Shown here piece by piece: positions 33,801-46,611 of a DNA stretch of 64,000 nt (its first letter is position 1; each line of letters starts with the position of its first letter). The notes under the pieces are model-generated. The model had not been told where the DNA came from. It searched no databases and saw only the letters and a list, made by a program, of their open reading frames with translations. Position numbers and translations under genes: made by a program. This DNA comes from Macrostomum hystrix (Eukaryota > Animalia > Platyhelminthes): contig CATNEN010000024.1 of the NCBI GenBank assembly GCA_950097015.1, positions 1,426,001 to 1,490,000 of the forward strand. The letters are read 5' to 3'.

Positions 33801-36591
33801 CTGCTGGGTCCCGTTGATTGGCGTGCCGAACACTCCGTCAGGTGGCTTCGTGACAATGGTCCTGTGGGAGACAGTGCGGTAAGCCTGATAATTAGGGCTC
33901 ACTACCGAGCTGACACGACCAGACGCTTACGAGAAGTTCAAGTCCGTGCGAAGAATGTGCAACAGGTCCTCTGAATGCCCATCGATCTGGCCGTAAGATT
34001 TGTTCTCAAAGATAGTGTAGGGCCGGAACTGTAATGGGAAATTCGAGTTTCAAGTCGATCAAAGTTTCCGAAACAAATACCGCGGACTCAGTCCAGCAGA
34101 GCTCACGTCAGGTGCGCACACTCGCAGGGTGCGGTTCTTGAAGTCCACGAAGGTGTTGGGAAACGCCAGAGGCTGCTTCTTGTACACAAAGGAGACGCTC
34201 AGTGAGACATTGTCCGGGTGGAACCTGGCGCTCTCGATGCAGCTCAGGGGGTTCGTGTAGAAGTCGTGATGCGTGGCCACGGTCTCAATGTAGGCAGCCA
34301 AGTGCCGAGTGGAGCCGTTGTAGGAGATCAGCGAGTCGAGGGCGTGGAAGCCTGAGGTCTGGAATTGGGATGTCAAGTTGATGAAAGCTGGCAAAAGCAC
34401 ACAGAAATGCCAAGGCTGAGCGTGAGGCTCACATTGGCCAATACTTGAGCAGCCAGCGCCCCGCCAGACCAAGGGCGAGTCGCGCCTCCGTTGCAGCTTG
34501 CGTTGCTGCTGCTGCTGCTGCTAAAGTTGGCGGCATCATGCAGAGCCCTCGCCATGGCCAGGACAGCGTCGATGGTGCGTAGCTCGACCACCTGCGGTTG
34601 TGAGTGAGGCAACTTTCAAGTGATTTAATTTGGGTCTCCCCTAGCGCTTCACAATGCTTTCGGCTCCTGAACTGAGTTCGAATCTTGGCAGGCCCTCACA
34701 CTGACATCCGCCGGCTGGCAGCCCCCGATGACTCTCTGCAGCGCCGCGGGGCAGCCGCCGTTCAGTCGCAGCCGCGAGGGGTCCAACAGGCCGTGACTCG
34801 AACTCCGGACCAGCATGACGTTGGCGGACACATTGGGTGGCAGCAGCGACAGCAGCCGACTGGGTCGGAGGCCCTCGTCCAGAGCCAGCCAGTAATAGTG
34901 GGCCTGGATTGCGTCGGCCAGAACTGCCTGAAAACCAATGAGAAGGATCTCATTTTAGATATTGCCGTAGACTTGAGCGACATGCATGCTGAGCGTGCTT
35001 CAAGGTCACCGGCTCTGATTGGCTGAAAATGGTCTGCGCAGGCGGCTACGAGCGTACAACCGCGCTATAAAGAGCAATGACTATGAGTCGCGAGCAGGAA
35101 ATGAGTCACCGATTAAGACAACCAGGTAATAATAGCACAAAGTGAAAAAGTGTGGAGTTTCAAAGGAAAAAAACGACAGACCAACGTCTATAATGAGACT
35201 CACTGACCTCTTTGATCAGGTCGTACACAGCCTCGGGTGCGGCCATAACTACATTGAACCGGATTTGCTTCTTGATGGAGCCAGTGAGAATCCTGGACAG
35301 GTTGGCGGTTGGAGAGTCCATCTGGAAGCTGACGACAGCGATGCCCGCAGACGACAGGCGGTTCTGCAGCGACTGCACGAGGCTCTGGTCTGCAAGTCCA
35401 GGAGACGGTTTACGGTTGTCAAAGAGGCAATCAAGCAGCAGACGATTGTAGATCAGAAACAAAAAGCAACAAAGTTTTAAATACTAGCATTCGCACCCTG
35501 CTTCGCGTCGAAGAACAGAGACACGAGGCCGGCTGAGTAAGACTGCAGCACGGACACGACGGCTTGTTGGTGAGCGACGGGTTGCACATCGCCAATGAAT
35601 GTGAACTCTGCGGGACAGGACAGAGCTAGTTGATGAGCTGCTTGAGTCCATCAGGCACTCTACTCACGCCAGTCACGGTGGGGTCCATCTGGCACACACA
35701 CAGTGCTCACACACACTGCTTGGATGGGTCCGTCAGGCACACACACACTGCTCACACACCAGTCTCCGAGGCGTCCATCAGGCACACACAAACCAGTCTC
35801 GGAGGCATCCATCAGGCACACACACTGCTTGGATGGGTCCGTCAGGCACACAGACACTGCTCACACACCAGTCTCGGAGGCGTCCATCAGGCACAAACAA
35901 GCCAGTCTCGGAGGCATCCATCAGGCACACACACTGCTCACACACCAGTCTCCGAGGCGTCCATCAGGCACACACAAACCAGTCTCGGAGGTGTCCATCA
36001 GGCACACACACTGCTCACACACCAGTCTCGGAGGTGTCCATCAGGCACACACACACAGCCCACACACCAGTCTCGGAGGCGTCCATCAGGCACACACACA
36101 CAGCCCACACACCAGTCTCGGAGGCGTCCATCTGGCACAGCTGTCCAGCAGGTACAAAGATGGCCGGCAACCGCAGCGACTTTGCTAGGCGGAGCACCTG
36201 GGTGCCGAGGGCGCAGCTGCCGACGCCCAGCAGGCCGTGGAAGCCTCCGGAATTGCAGACTGGAATCAGTTTTGAGATTAAATATGGTCTGAGAGTCCCG
36301 TGAAATATGGGATGTGGGATTATTTTGGGAGAATAGGATCCCAAACTCACATAGGCTGGTTACGGACACACAGTCTGGCACCGGCAGCACCTGGCAGGTG
36401 AGCGGGTCGGTCTTGCTCAATCCGGGGAACACCAGCGGGTCCTGGTTCACAAGTCGGTCGACGACCCGCTGAACAAGTCCAGGCGTCAGCAGCCCGGGCT
36501 CTGCCAGGAGGGCGACTCGCAGAGCATTGACATCTCCCGGCAGCAGCAGCAGCAGGAGCAGCAATACAGGTAAAAGCAGAGGTGCCTGCAT
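30821..36591 (-). CDS. Ionotropic glutamate receptor-like subunit, copy A (ATD-S1-M1-P-M3-S2-M4), about 847 aa, 12 exons
   Basis: Exons 36591-36351, 36259-36113, 35607-35497, 35389-35208, 34927-34706, 34591-34433, 34358-34107, 34028-33931, 33861-33768, 33065-32445, 31883-31711 and 31064-30821. All are GT-AG with matching phases. Motifs: VTSLFCN (ATD, cf. AMPA-type VTNAFC), DGVFG...FSGCIGEL, ITNVRYAVVDY, GSFLQQG, WWMFTVIIFGAYTGDLVAHL and M4 ISLEGIGG. Confidence 0.92.
31940..32330. repeat. Minisatellite, 30-bp unit ggtcagtgagagaccatcaaggtcagtcaa (iGluR-A intron 10)
   Basis: Tandem array, absent from the corresponding intron of copy B. Confidence 0.9.
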
Positions 36592-37010
36592 ATCAAGGAT
36601 TGATCGACAGGTTGTGAAGTTTTCGGGTACAGCATCTGGCAGCGCAGAAGCCCACTTTGAATGCGAGAGCTTTTATAAGCAAATCGGCACCCATGTGGGT
36701 CTCGCTAGAGATGATTGGCCCAGCTGAGCAGTATGGCCTTTTTTCTGCACGCCTAAAGCGGTGAAAAATGGAAATCTGATCCAACAGGCTGACCAAATGT
36801 CTGGCCTCACAACAATCGACTTATCGAACTATTGAGGACTCGAATCGAAGCTAGAAATGCTCAATTAGTCTGAGCAATGAGCTGATCAATGCGCGATCAG
36901 TTACACTGGTCCAGGCACAATATCACAAGCTTGATTACTGCTAATTAGTACTAGTTCAGGTAAACCTAGAATTTACTGCTCATCTCTACGCTATTGTTGC
37001 TGATTAATCA
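34078..37010. repeat. Near-identical segmental duplicate of 41339-44253 (promoter through exon 7 of the iGluR, including introns)
   Basis: Offset is 7261 with apparently identical sequence over 34078-35700. Differences elsewhere are a few SNPs, a 3-bp indel, a ~35-bp indel and minisatellite copy number. Confidence 0.95.
35690..36135. repeat. Minisatellite (40-45-bp units) spanning the exon 2/intron 2 junction of iGluR-A
   Basis: The minus-strand unit ...gatggacgcctccgagactg|gtgtgt contains the exon end plus the donor. Confidence 0.9.
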
Positions 37011-37260
37011 AATATTTAAATGCTCGACTTATTTTCATTCAGCTGGCGGCTGGTAATTAAAGAATTATTTGTCAATAAACACTAATTGACGCGTTGACAA
37101 CCAGCGAGATCTATTGTAACTTGAACTCTGTACAAATGTATTTCGATTTCAGCTCTCACCCTTTTTTTCCATCAAAACAGGTCAAGCAATGCTATTGTTC
37201 AGGTTTTAAGAGTATGTGTATAGTGCCAAAGTAAGTGAAAAAAAAACATAGGAACTTGTG

Positions 37261-38400
37261 AGCTAAAAGCTTCCATTCTTTCAGCTGATTAGCTAAAAGC
37301 TTCCATTCCTTCAGTTGATTAGCTAAAAGCTTCCATTCCTTCAGTTGATTAGCTAAAAGCTTCCATTCCTTCAGTTGATTAGCTAAAAGCTTCCATTCCT
37401 TCAGTTGATTAGCTAAAAGCTTCCATTCCTTCAGTTGATTAGCTAAAAGCTTCCATTCCTTCAGTTGATTAGCTAAAAGCTTCCATTCCTTCAGTTGATT
37501 AGCTAAAAGCTTCCATTCCTTCAGTTGATTAGCTAAAAGCTTCCATTCCTTCAGTTGATTAGCTAAAAGCTTCCATTCTTTCAGTTCATTAGCTAAAAGC
37601 TTCCATTCCTTCAGTTGATTAGCTAAAAGCTTCCATTCCTTCAGTTGATTAGCTAAAAGCTTCCATTCCTTCAGTTGATTAGCTAAAAGCTTCCATTCCT
37701 TCAGTTGATTAGCTAAAAGCTTCCATTCCTTCAGTTGATTAGCTAAAAGCTTCCATTCCTTCAGTTGATTAGCTAAAAGCTTCCATTCCTTCAGTTGATT
37801 AGCTAAAAGCTTCCATTCCTTCAGTTGATTAGCTAAAAGCTTCCATTCCTTCAGTTGATTAGCTAAAAGCTTCCATTCCTTCAGTTGATTAGCTAAAAGC
37901 TTCCATTCCTTCAGTTGATTAGCTAAAAGCTTCCATTCCTTCAGTTGATTAGCTAAAAGCTTCCATTCCTTCAGTTGATTAGCTAAAAGCTTCCATTCTT
38001 TCAGCTGATTAGCTAAAAGCTTCCATTCCTTCAGTTGATTAGCTAAAAGCTTCCATTCCTTCAGTTGATTAGCTAAAAGCTTCCATTCCTTCAGTTGATT
38101 AGCTAAAAGCTTCCATTCCTTCAGTTGATTAGCTAAAAGCTTCCATTCCTTCAGTTGATTAGCTAAAAGCTTCTATTCCTTCAGTTGATTAGCTAAAAGC
38201 TTCCATTCCTTCAGTTGATTAGCTAAAAGCTTCCATTCTTTCAGCTGATTAGCTAAAAGCTTCCATTCCTTCAGTTGATTAGCTAAAAGCTTCCATTCCT
38301 TCAGTTGATTAGCTAAAAGCTTCCATTCTTTCAGCTGATTAGCTAAAAGCTTCCATTCCTTCAGTTGATTAGCTAAAAGCTTCCATTCCTTCAGTTGGTT
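37261..38400. repeat. Minisatellite, 30-bp unit agctaaaagcttccattccttcagttgatt, about 38 copies
   Basis: Near-perfect tandem array between the two iGluR copies. Confidence 0.95.
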
Positions 38401-38606
38401 AGCAAATGTGAACTTCTACCGCGTTGCTAGGTGCGTTGCTAGGTGTGTTTGGAGCCTGAATTAGCTGTTTCATATTGGATAGAAAAGTTGTAATCCACGG
38501 AGATTCTATTCTACCTGGACCGTTGCAAGTGCAAATATATAAGTTTATAATAATTCACAACTAAGACCTGGGTCCGATATTCTGGGCCCTTACAATAATA
38601 CCTCCA

Positions 38607-38960
38607 GATATTCAGGTGTCTCAGACTCTCGCCACCTTCGGATATTCAGGTGTCTCAGACTCTCGCCACCTTCGGATATTCAGGTGTCTCAGACTCTCGC
38701 CACCTTCGGATATTCAGGTGTCTCAGACTCTCGCCACCTTCGGATATTCAGGTGTCTCAGACTCTCGCCACCTTCGGATATTCAGGTGTCTCAGACTCTC
38801 GCCACCTTCGGATATTCAGGTGTCTCAGACTCTCGCCACCTTCGGATATTCAGGTGTCTCAGACTCTCGCCACCTTCGGATATTCAGGTGTCTCAGACTC
38901 TCGCCACCTTCGGATATTCAGGTGTCTCAGACTCTCAACACATTCGGATGTTCAGGTGTT
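38607..38960. repeat. Minisatellite, 34-bp unit cttcggatattcaggtgtctcagactctcgccac, about 10 copies
   Basis: Near-perfect tandem array. Confidence 0.95.
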
Positions 38961-39092
38961 TTTACCTCCACCTCTAACTCCACATCCGGATGCTCAGGGA
39001 CCTAATGCTCGCTTGTGATCTATCCCCAGTCCTTCAGTCTTTAGTCGTCAGTCATCATTGAGCTCTGAGCTCCTCGGCAGTCAGTAGGAGAG

Positions 39093-42000
39093 CTAGAACA
39101 GAACAAAGTCCAGCGGCTCCCTGTTCAGGCAGAAGGTCCAGAAAAACTCTAACAGCAGGATGAGCAGGCCAATCAGGTACAGAACTGCCGGCACCAGGCA
39201 GGACCCGCCGATGCCCTCCAGGCTGATTGGATCGGCCTCGGCTGTGAGCTTGGCGCTTGAGCACTCGGAGCTGCTGGTTGGGAAGTACTTCAGGCGCAGC
39301 ATGTCCACCAGGCCATTCTCCTTGGCGCGGCGGATGCTGCGGTGAAGTTTGGAGTTTGCGCTGAATCGAAATTTTTTAGAAGGCAAGAATGAGAAGAGAG
39401 TAGGGAATTCGATAGATTTGTAGGAATAAAAATAGGAAACGAATTGGGATAACAGGTACGGAAGTTATAGAGTTGGGGTAGAGACAGTAGACTGTGAAGA
39501 ATAAGGATATCGGAAAGGTAGATAGGAAGCAGAAAGTTCTCAGGGAGCAGTGTTCTCAGGCCATGAGTGCTGCGTGTCACCAAAGAAAACAAGAAATTCA
39601 TTTAAAATCGTAAATTATATTCTTTTAAAAGTGATTTGCCTTTTAACAGGTAAGCAATCGATTTGTTTGAGATAGTGAAACAATCATGGGGAAGACCTGA
39701 CAGAGGAAAACGTGGGATCAATGAGCCAGCCTAGGCGAGTCCACACCAGTTTTGCAGCCAATCAGGCAGTGGGGGCTCACACAAGGTTCATGGCGTCAGC
39801 AAAGAAGGCGTCCCTTGGCACAGTCCAGGCCAGGAAGTAGAAGTTGAAGTACTCTTCGGCCAGATAAACTTTGTCGCAGAACTGGGCGGCGAAGTACTGA
39901 TTAGACATCTGGTCCGCGATGCACACCGTGTACGGGTTAGTCGAGGCGATCAGCTGAAAATCATGCAGAAGCCTGAAGTAATCCCAAATCTGGGCGCCAA
40001 ATCCCACCCATATTTCTACTACAGCTGATGCTGCGACTCATGTTACAACTGGGTGAACAAGGGCGAACTGAAGCAATGGAGAAAAGTAGTGTTGCTTTAA
40101 GTTCAGCAAACGGGAAGTCTCAAAGGACCTTGAAGGTCGAAGCCGCCCACCTTCAGAGCGCAGTCCTCATGCGACTGCACCAACACGGACATGGACTTCA
40201 GCTGGAACATTGGTCCTGAGGTGGCCAGGTCGATGGCAGTCTGAATGTTGGTGCCCCTCGGTACCAGAGCTGTGTACTGTGGCACGGCGACCAGGTCATC
40301 CAGTGTCTGTATGGGCAGCTTGGTGATCGAAGTGGCCAAGTGAGCCGTCAGGTCGCCGGTGTAGGCGCCGAAGATGATCACGGTGAACATCCACCAGAAC
40401 ACCAGGACAGTTCTTGGTGACATTGCGAACGGATAAAAATCCTGTCCCTGCTGCAGGAAGCTGCCCATTGTTGACCAGACGTACTCCTTGTACCAGACCT
40501 CATCGGAAAATGCGAAGCTGAGCTTCAGGTTCCAGGCGGAGAATGGACTGAACACGGCTAGCAGGTAGATGATGAGGGGCACGATGAACAGGAAGGCTGC
40601 CAACAGCAGCCAAACCTCTGGTGTCATCGGAGTGAACACATTCCAGATCTTGCTGGCGGGCGGCGGTATTCTGACCAGGATGTTGTTGGATGAGTACAGG
40701 TAGTCGTCCAGGTAGTCCACGACAGCGTAGCGGACGTTCGTGACAGCGAAAACCATGCCGAGGTCAGAGCGCTGAACGGGAGCGGAAATCGGAGCAATTC
40801 ACAGAATGATGGATGCCACTGGGACTCTGAGTTCGGGCTTGCACTTTTGTCTTAGTTGTGAAGTGACGTTCATGGGATGATGTGGCCATCAGATGAAAGG
40901 CGAACTGGACTGGACTGGACTGACCAAACTGGACTGTACTGTACTGTACAGGAGTGGACAGGACCGTGGATAATTAAAGTTCACAGCTTCTAACTCACTC
41001 CTTTCTGCAGCTCGCCGATGCAGCCGGAGAACTCCATGGTCCCGTTGATAGGGGTGCCGAACACCCCATCGGGTGGTTTGAGAACAATGGTACTGCAAGG
41101 GCCAATAGCTTCTTCGTATGACCAGTGTTCAAAAGTTTATTTCAGGTAAAAAGCAATAATAATACTTCAGTAAGAACTGACGAGAAATTGAGCGCCTTTC
41201 GCACCACACTGAGCAGCTCCTCAGCGTGCCCAGTCACCTTTCCGTAGGCATTGTTGTCATAGATCACGTACGGCCGAACCTGTATGTAAAGTGTTCTTTG
41301 GTTGTAACATGATCGAGCTTCAGGTGAAGAGTCCCGAATACCGCGGACTCAGTCCAGCAGAGCTCACGTCAGGTGCGCACACTCGCAGGGTGCGGTTCTT
41401 GAAGTCCACGAAGGTGTTGGGAAACGCCAGAGGCTGCTTCTTGTACACAAAGGAGACGCTCAGTGAGACATTGTCCGGGTGGAACCTGGCGCTCTCGATG
41501 CAGCTCAGGGGGTTCGTGTAGAAGTCGTGATGCGTGGCCACGGTCTCAATGTAGGCAGCCAAGTGCCGAGTGGAGCCGTTGTAGGAGATCAGCGAGTCGA
41601 GGGCGTGGAAGCCTGAGGTCTGGAATTGGGATGTCAAGTTGATGAAAGCTGGCAAAAGCACACAGAAATGCCAAGGCTGAGCGTGAGGCTCACATTGGCC
41701 AATACTTGAGCAGCCAGCGCCCCGCCAGACCAAGGGCGAGTCGCGCCTCCGTTGCAGCTTGCGTTGCTGCTGCTGCTGCTGCTAAAGTTGGCGGCATCAT
41801 GCAGAGCCCTCGCCATGGCCAGGACAGCGTCGATGGTGCGTAGCTCGACCACCTGCGGTTGTGAGTGAGGCAACTTTCAAGTGATTTAATTTGGGTCTCC
41901 CCTAGCGCTTCACAATGCTTTCGGCTCCTGAACTGAGTTCGAATCTTGGCAGGCCCTCACACTGACATCCGCCGGCTGGCAGCCCCCGATGACTCTCTGC

Positions 42001-43808
42001 AGCGCCGCGGGGCAGCCGCCGTTCAGTCGCAGCCGCGAGGGGTCCAACAGGCCGTGACTCGAACTCCGGACCAGCATGACGTTGGCGGACACATTGGGTG
42101 GCAGCAGCGACAGCAGCCGACTGGGTCGGAGGCCCTCGTCCAGAGCCAGCCAGTAATAGTGGGCCTGGATTGCGTCGGCCAGAACTGCCTGAAAACCAAT
42201 GAGAAGGATCTCATTTTAGATATTGCCGTAGACTTGAGCGACATGCATGCTGAGCGTGCTTCAAGGTCACCGGCTCTGATTGGCTGAAAATGGTCTGCGC
42301 AGGCGGCTACGAGCGTACAACCGCGCTATAAAGAGCAATGACTATGAGTCGCGAGCAGGAAATGAGTCACCGATTAAGACAACCAGGTAATAATAGCACA
42401 AAGTGAAAAAGTGTGGAGTTTCAAAGGAAAAAAACGACAGACCAACGTCTATAATGAGACTCACTGACCTCTTTGATCAGGTCGTACACAGCCTCGGGTG
42501 CGGCCATAACTACATTGAACCGGATTTGCTTCTTGATGGAGCCAGTGAGAATCCTGGACAGGTTGGCGGTTGGAGAGTCCATCTGGAAGCTGACGACAGC
42601 GATGCCCGCAGACGACAGGCGGTTCTGCAGCGACTGCACGAGGCTCTGGTCTGCAAGTCCAGGAGACGGTTTACGGTTGTCAAAGAGGCAATCAAGCAGC
42701 AGACGATTGTAGATCAGAAACAAAAAGCAACAAAGTTTTAAATACTAGCATTCGCACCCTGCTTCGCGTCGAAGAACAGAGACACGAGGCCGGCTGAGTA
42801 AGACTGCAGCACGGACACGACGGCTTGTTGGTGAGCGACGGGTTGCACATCGCCAATGAATGTGAACTCTGCGGGACAGGACAGAGCTAGTTGATGAGCT
42901 GCTTGAGTCCATCAGGCACTCTACTCACGCCAGTCACGGTGGGGTCCATCTGGCACACACACAGTGCTCACACACACTGCTTGGATGGGTCCGTCAGGCA
43001 CACAGACACTGCTCACACACCAGTCTCGGAGGCGTCCATCTGGCACACACAAACCAGTCTCGGAGGCATCCATCAGGCACACACACTGCTTGGATGGGTC
43101 CGTCAGGCACACAGACACTGCTCACACACCAGTCTCGGAGGCGTCCATCAGGCACACACAAGCCAGTCTCGGAGGCATCCATCAGGCACACACACTGCTT
43201 GGATGGGTCCGTCAGGCACACAGACACTGCTCACACACCAGTCTCGGAGGCGTCCATCTGGCACACACACTGCTCACACACCAGTCTCGGAGGCGTCCAT
43301 CAGGCACACACACACAGCCCACACACCAGTCTCGGAGGCGTCCATCTGGCACAGCTGTCCAGCAGGTACAAAGATGGCCGGCAACCGCAGCGACTTTGCT
43401 AGGCGGAGCACCTGGGTGCCGAGGGCGCAGCTGCCGACGCCCAGCAGGCCGTGGAAGCCTCCGGAATTGCAGACTGGAATCAGTTTTGAGATTAAATATG
43501 GTCTGAGAGTCCCGTGAAATATGGGATGTGGGATTATTTTGGGAGAATAGGATCCCTAACTCACATAGGCTGGTTACGGACACACAGTCTGGCACCGGCA
43601 GCACCTGGCAGGTGAGCGGGTCGGTCTTGCTCAATCCGGGGAACACCAGCGGGTCCTGGTTCACAAGTCGGTCGACGACCCGCTGAACAAGTCCAGGCGT
43701 CAGCAGCCCGGGCTCTGCCAGGAGGGCGATTCGCAGAGCATTGACATCTCCCGATGGCAGCAGCAGCAGCAGGAGCAGCAATACAGGTAAAAGCAGAGGT
43801 GCCTGCAT
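39093..43808 (-). CDS. Ionotropic glutamate receptor-like subunit, copy B, about 848 aa, 12 exons
   Basis: Exons 43808-43565, 43473-43327, 42868-42758, 42650-42469, 42188-41967, 41852-41694, 41619-41368, 41279-41182, 41092-40999, 40771-40151, 39953-39781 and 39336-39093, totalling 2547 nt with no internal stop. The M3 motif reads AYTGDLTAHL. Confidence 0.92.
42950..43350. repeat. Junction-derived minisatellite in iGluR-B intron 2
   Basis: Same family as 35690-36135, with a different unit order and number. Confidence 0.9.
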
Positions 43809-44258
43809 ATCAAGGATTGATTGACAGGTTGTGAAGTTTTCGGGTACAGCATCTGGCAGCGCAGAAGCCCACTTTGAATGCGAGAGCTTTTATAAGCAAA
43901 TTGGCACCCATGTGGGTCTCGCTAGAGATGATTGGCCCAGCTGAGCAGTATGGCCTTTTTTCTGCACGCCTAAAGCGGTGAAAAATAGAAATCTGATCCA
44001 ACAGGCTGACCAAATGTCTGGCCTCACAACAATCGACTTATCGAACTATTGAGGACTTGAACAATAGTGATATCTAGTGATATCTAGGATACGAAATCGA
44101 AACTAGAAATGCTCAATTAGTCTCAGCAATGAGCTGATCAATGCGCGATCAGTTACACTGGTCCAGGCACAATATCACAAGCTTGATTACTGCCAATTAG
44201 TACTAGTTCAGGTAAACCTAGAATTTACTGCTCATATCTACGCTATTGTTGCTCTCAC

Positions 44259-44514
44259 GGTCACGTGTGGCTGACAGACAGTCCTAGGCGCTCAAAATGC
44301 GGCAGGTGAGCGGGTCCGCCACACCTAGGCCTGGGAACACCAGCGGATCCTGGTTCACTCGCTGATCGATGCCAGTTCGCTCAATGAGGCCAGCTTGAGT
44401 CGGCGAAGCTCCTGGCTCGGTCAGCACAGCTAGGCGCAGGGCCCGCACGGCTGCTACTAGCAGCATCAGCTGCAGCAGCCGCAAAGGCAACAGAATTCGC
44501 GGATGCAAAGCCAT
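44259..44514 (-). pseudogene. Orphan exon 1 of a third, more divergent iGluR paralog (in-frame TAG)
   Basis: MALHPRILL...ALRLAVLTEPG...RVNQDPLVFPGLGVADPLTCRILSA*DCLSATRD followed by C|GTGAGA aligns codon-for-codon with the end of exon 1 of copies A and B (TCQVLPVPDCVSVTSL-T|GTGAGT). No downstream exons of its own are visible. Confidence 0.8.
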
Positions 44515-44944
44515 CAGGAGGCAGGGATGAATGAAAAAATTAGCAAGTTTGGACAAATTTCAGCATGCAGGCATTCTATAAGCCTGGCTGATTGACAAGA
44601 ATCAATGCTACCCGGAGACCCGATGTAATTTGCGCAATCTTAATGCGAAACATTATCTGGCCAAAAGTGCCAGGCCCCATATCGATGCCAGCGGGTGCGA
44701 AGGTCACCAGCAGAATCGATTTTCCTCGGTTTCCGAAAGTGCCAAGGGAAGGCAACATTGGCAATTAGACGTAATCCATAGAGCATTTATTGAACTTTCT
44801 CACATTCATTTGCTGCCCCCTAAGGGCATCGTGTAAGCCCGCAATGAACAACTCAATGTTAAGCTTCCCTTTAGCTCAATGGGTGACAGAAAGGATTTGC
44901 GACTTGAGGGATCAGCTGAATGCTATGCGCTCTCTTGCAAGTCA

Positions 44945-45740
44945 TGACCTGAGGATTTGATGGCGGATTTCTGCACGTCATGACCTGAGGACTAGATGGC
45001 TGACTTTGTAGCTCAGGACCTGAGGACTTGATGGCTGACTTTGTAGCTCAGGACCTGAGGACTTGATGGCTGACTTTGTAGCTCAGGACCTGAAGATTTG
45101 ATGGCTGACTTTGTAGCTCAGGACCTGAAGATATGATGGCTGACTTTGTAGCTCAGGACCTGAGGACTTGATGGCTGACTTTGTAGCTCAGGACCTGAGG
45201 ACTTAATGGCTGACTTTGTACATGTAGCGCAGGACCTGAAGATTTGATGGCTGACTTTGTAGCTCAGGACCTGAAGATTTGATGGCTGACTTTGTAGCTC
45301 AGGACCTGAGGACTTGATGGCTGACTTTGTAGCTCAGGACCTGAGGACTTGATGGCTGACTTTGTAGCTCAGGACCTGAAGATTTGATGGCTGACTTTGT
45401 AGCTCAGGACCTGAGGACTTGATGGCTGACTTTGTAGCTCAGGACCTGAGGACTTGATGGCTGACTTTGTAGCTCAGGACCTGAGGACTTGATGGCTGAC
45501 TTTGTAGCTCAGGACCAGAGGACTTGATGGCTGACTTTGTAGCTCAGGACCTGAGGACTTGATGGCTGACTTTGTAGCTCAGGACCTGAAGATTTGATGG
45601 CTGACTTTGTAGCTCAGGACCTGAGGACTTGATGGCTGACTTTGTAGCTCAGGACCTGAAGATTTGATGGCAGACTTTGTAGCTCAGGACCTGAGGACTT
45701 GATGGCTGACTTTGTAGCTCAGGACCAGAGGACTTGATGG
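44945..45740. repeat. Minisatellite, 35-bp unit aggacctgaggacttgatggctgactttgtagctc, about 22 copies
   Basis: Tandem array. Confidence 0.95.
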
Positions 45741-46611
45741 CAGATATCTGTTGCTGACTTATGTACCCCAGGGCCTGAGGCTTTGGAAGCTGGCTTACAG
45801 ACTTGAAGATCGCAAAACTCGTAGAAAGTACTTCAGGAACTAGCTTTGTTTCGATGTGAGATAACGATTCTTAATCGGTTGATGATACAAGGCAATTAAA
45901 TCAGACGAACTTATCATGAGCACATCATCTATTCAGCGTTAAATATCTCCCAGCTAAGCCAGCTGCTTGCGTGAGAGAGACCTTATGATTGTATTTGGTT
46001 GACGCGTTGATAAATAAACAAACAGCGCACAATGAGCAGTGTACACGCGGAGTCCAGAGTAGTCACTAAGTGAGCCTCAAAGTCAGGATTAAATTAAACT
46101 GATAAATAAGTCTTGGAAGCAAGTCTGCTCAAATTGCGAAAAAGAACAACAAAGCAAGCAAAACAAACAAGTAAAAAACTGATAAGAGGGCATGCTAAAA
46201 GTGCATTCCAATACGCACAACACGGAGCAACAAAAGTCAGGTGCAGTAGGTTGCAAAATTGTGACGCATTCACATAAAGCAAGTATGTGATGGTATTGGG
46301 GGCAACACTATTAATACTGCACTGGTCGGTCACATGGGTTTACATTTTTTAATCGATTCGAAATCTTGTGTTGATGTCATATACGGCAACAACTGTATGT
46401 AAAATTCTAAACCAATCGACAAAACATAAATTCACTTCAACTGGTCCGCGCGCGCGCGAAAAAAATACAACGGGCAAGCAGCGGACCTCAATAAAATCAA
46501 ATCTGACCGATAAAAACAGTGCCGACTGTACTTTTGTGCAGGTCAGTCGAAGGAACAGCGAAAGGCGGAAGGCATCCTACCGAAATCAAATCCACTTATT
46601 TAACTTATCCT

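Noticed and set aside
34373-35480. Plus-strand ORFs antisense to iGluR, AMOT, STAT, HDDC2 and gag/pol exons
   Set aside because: Antisense shadows of GC-rich coding exons with no independent motifs.
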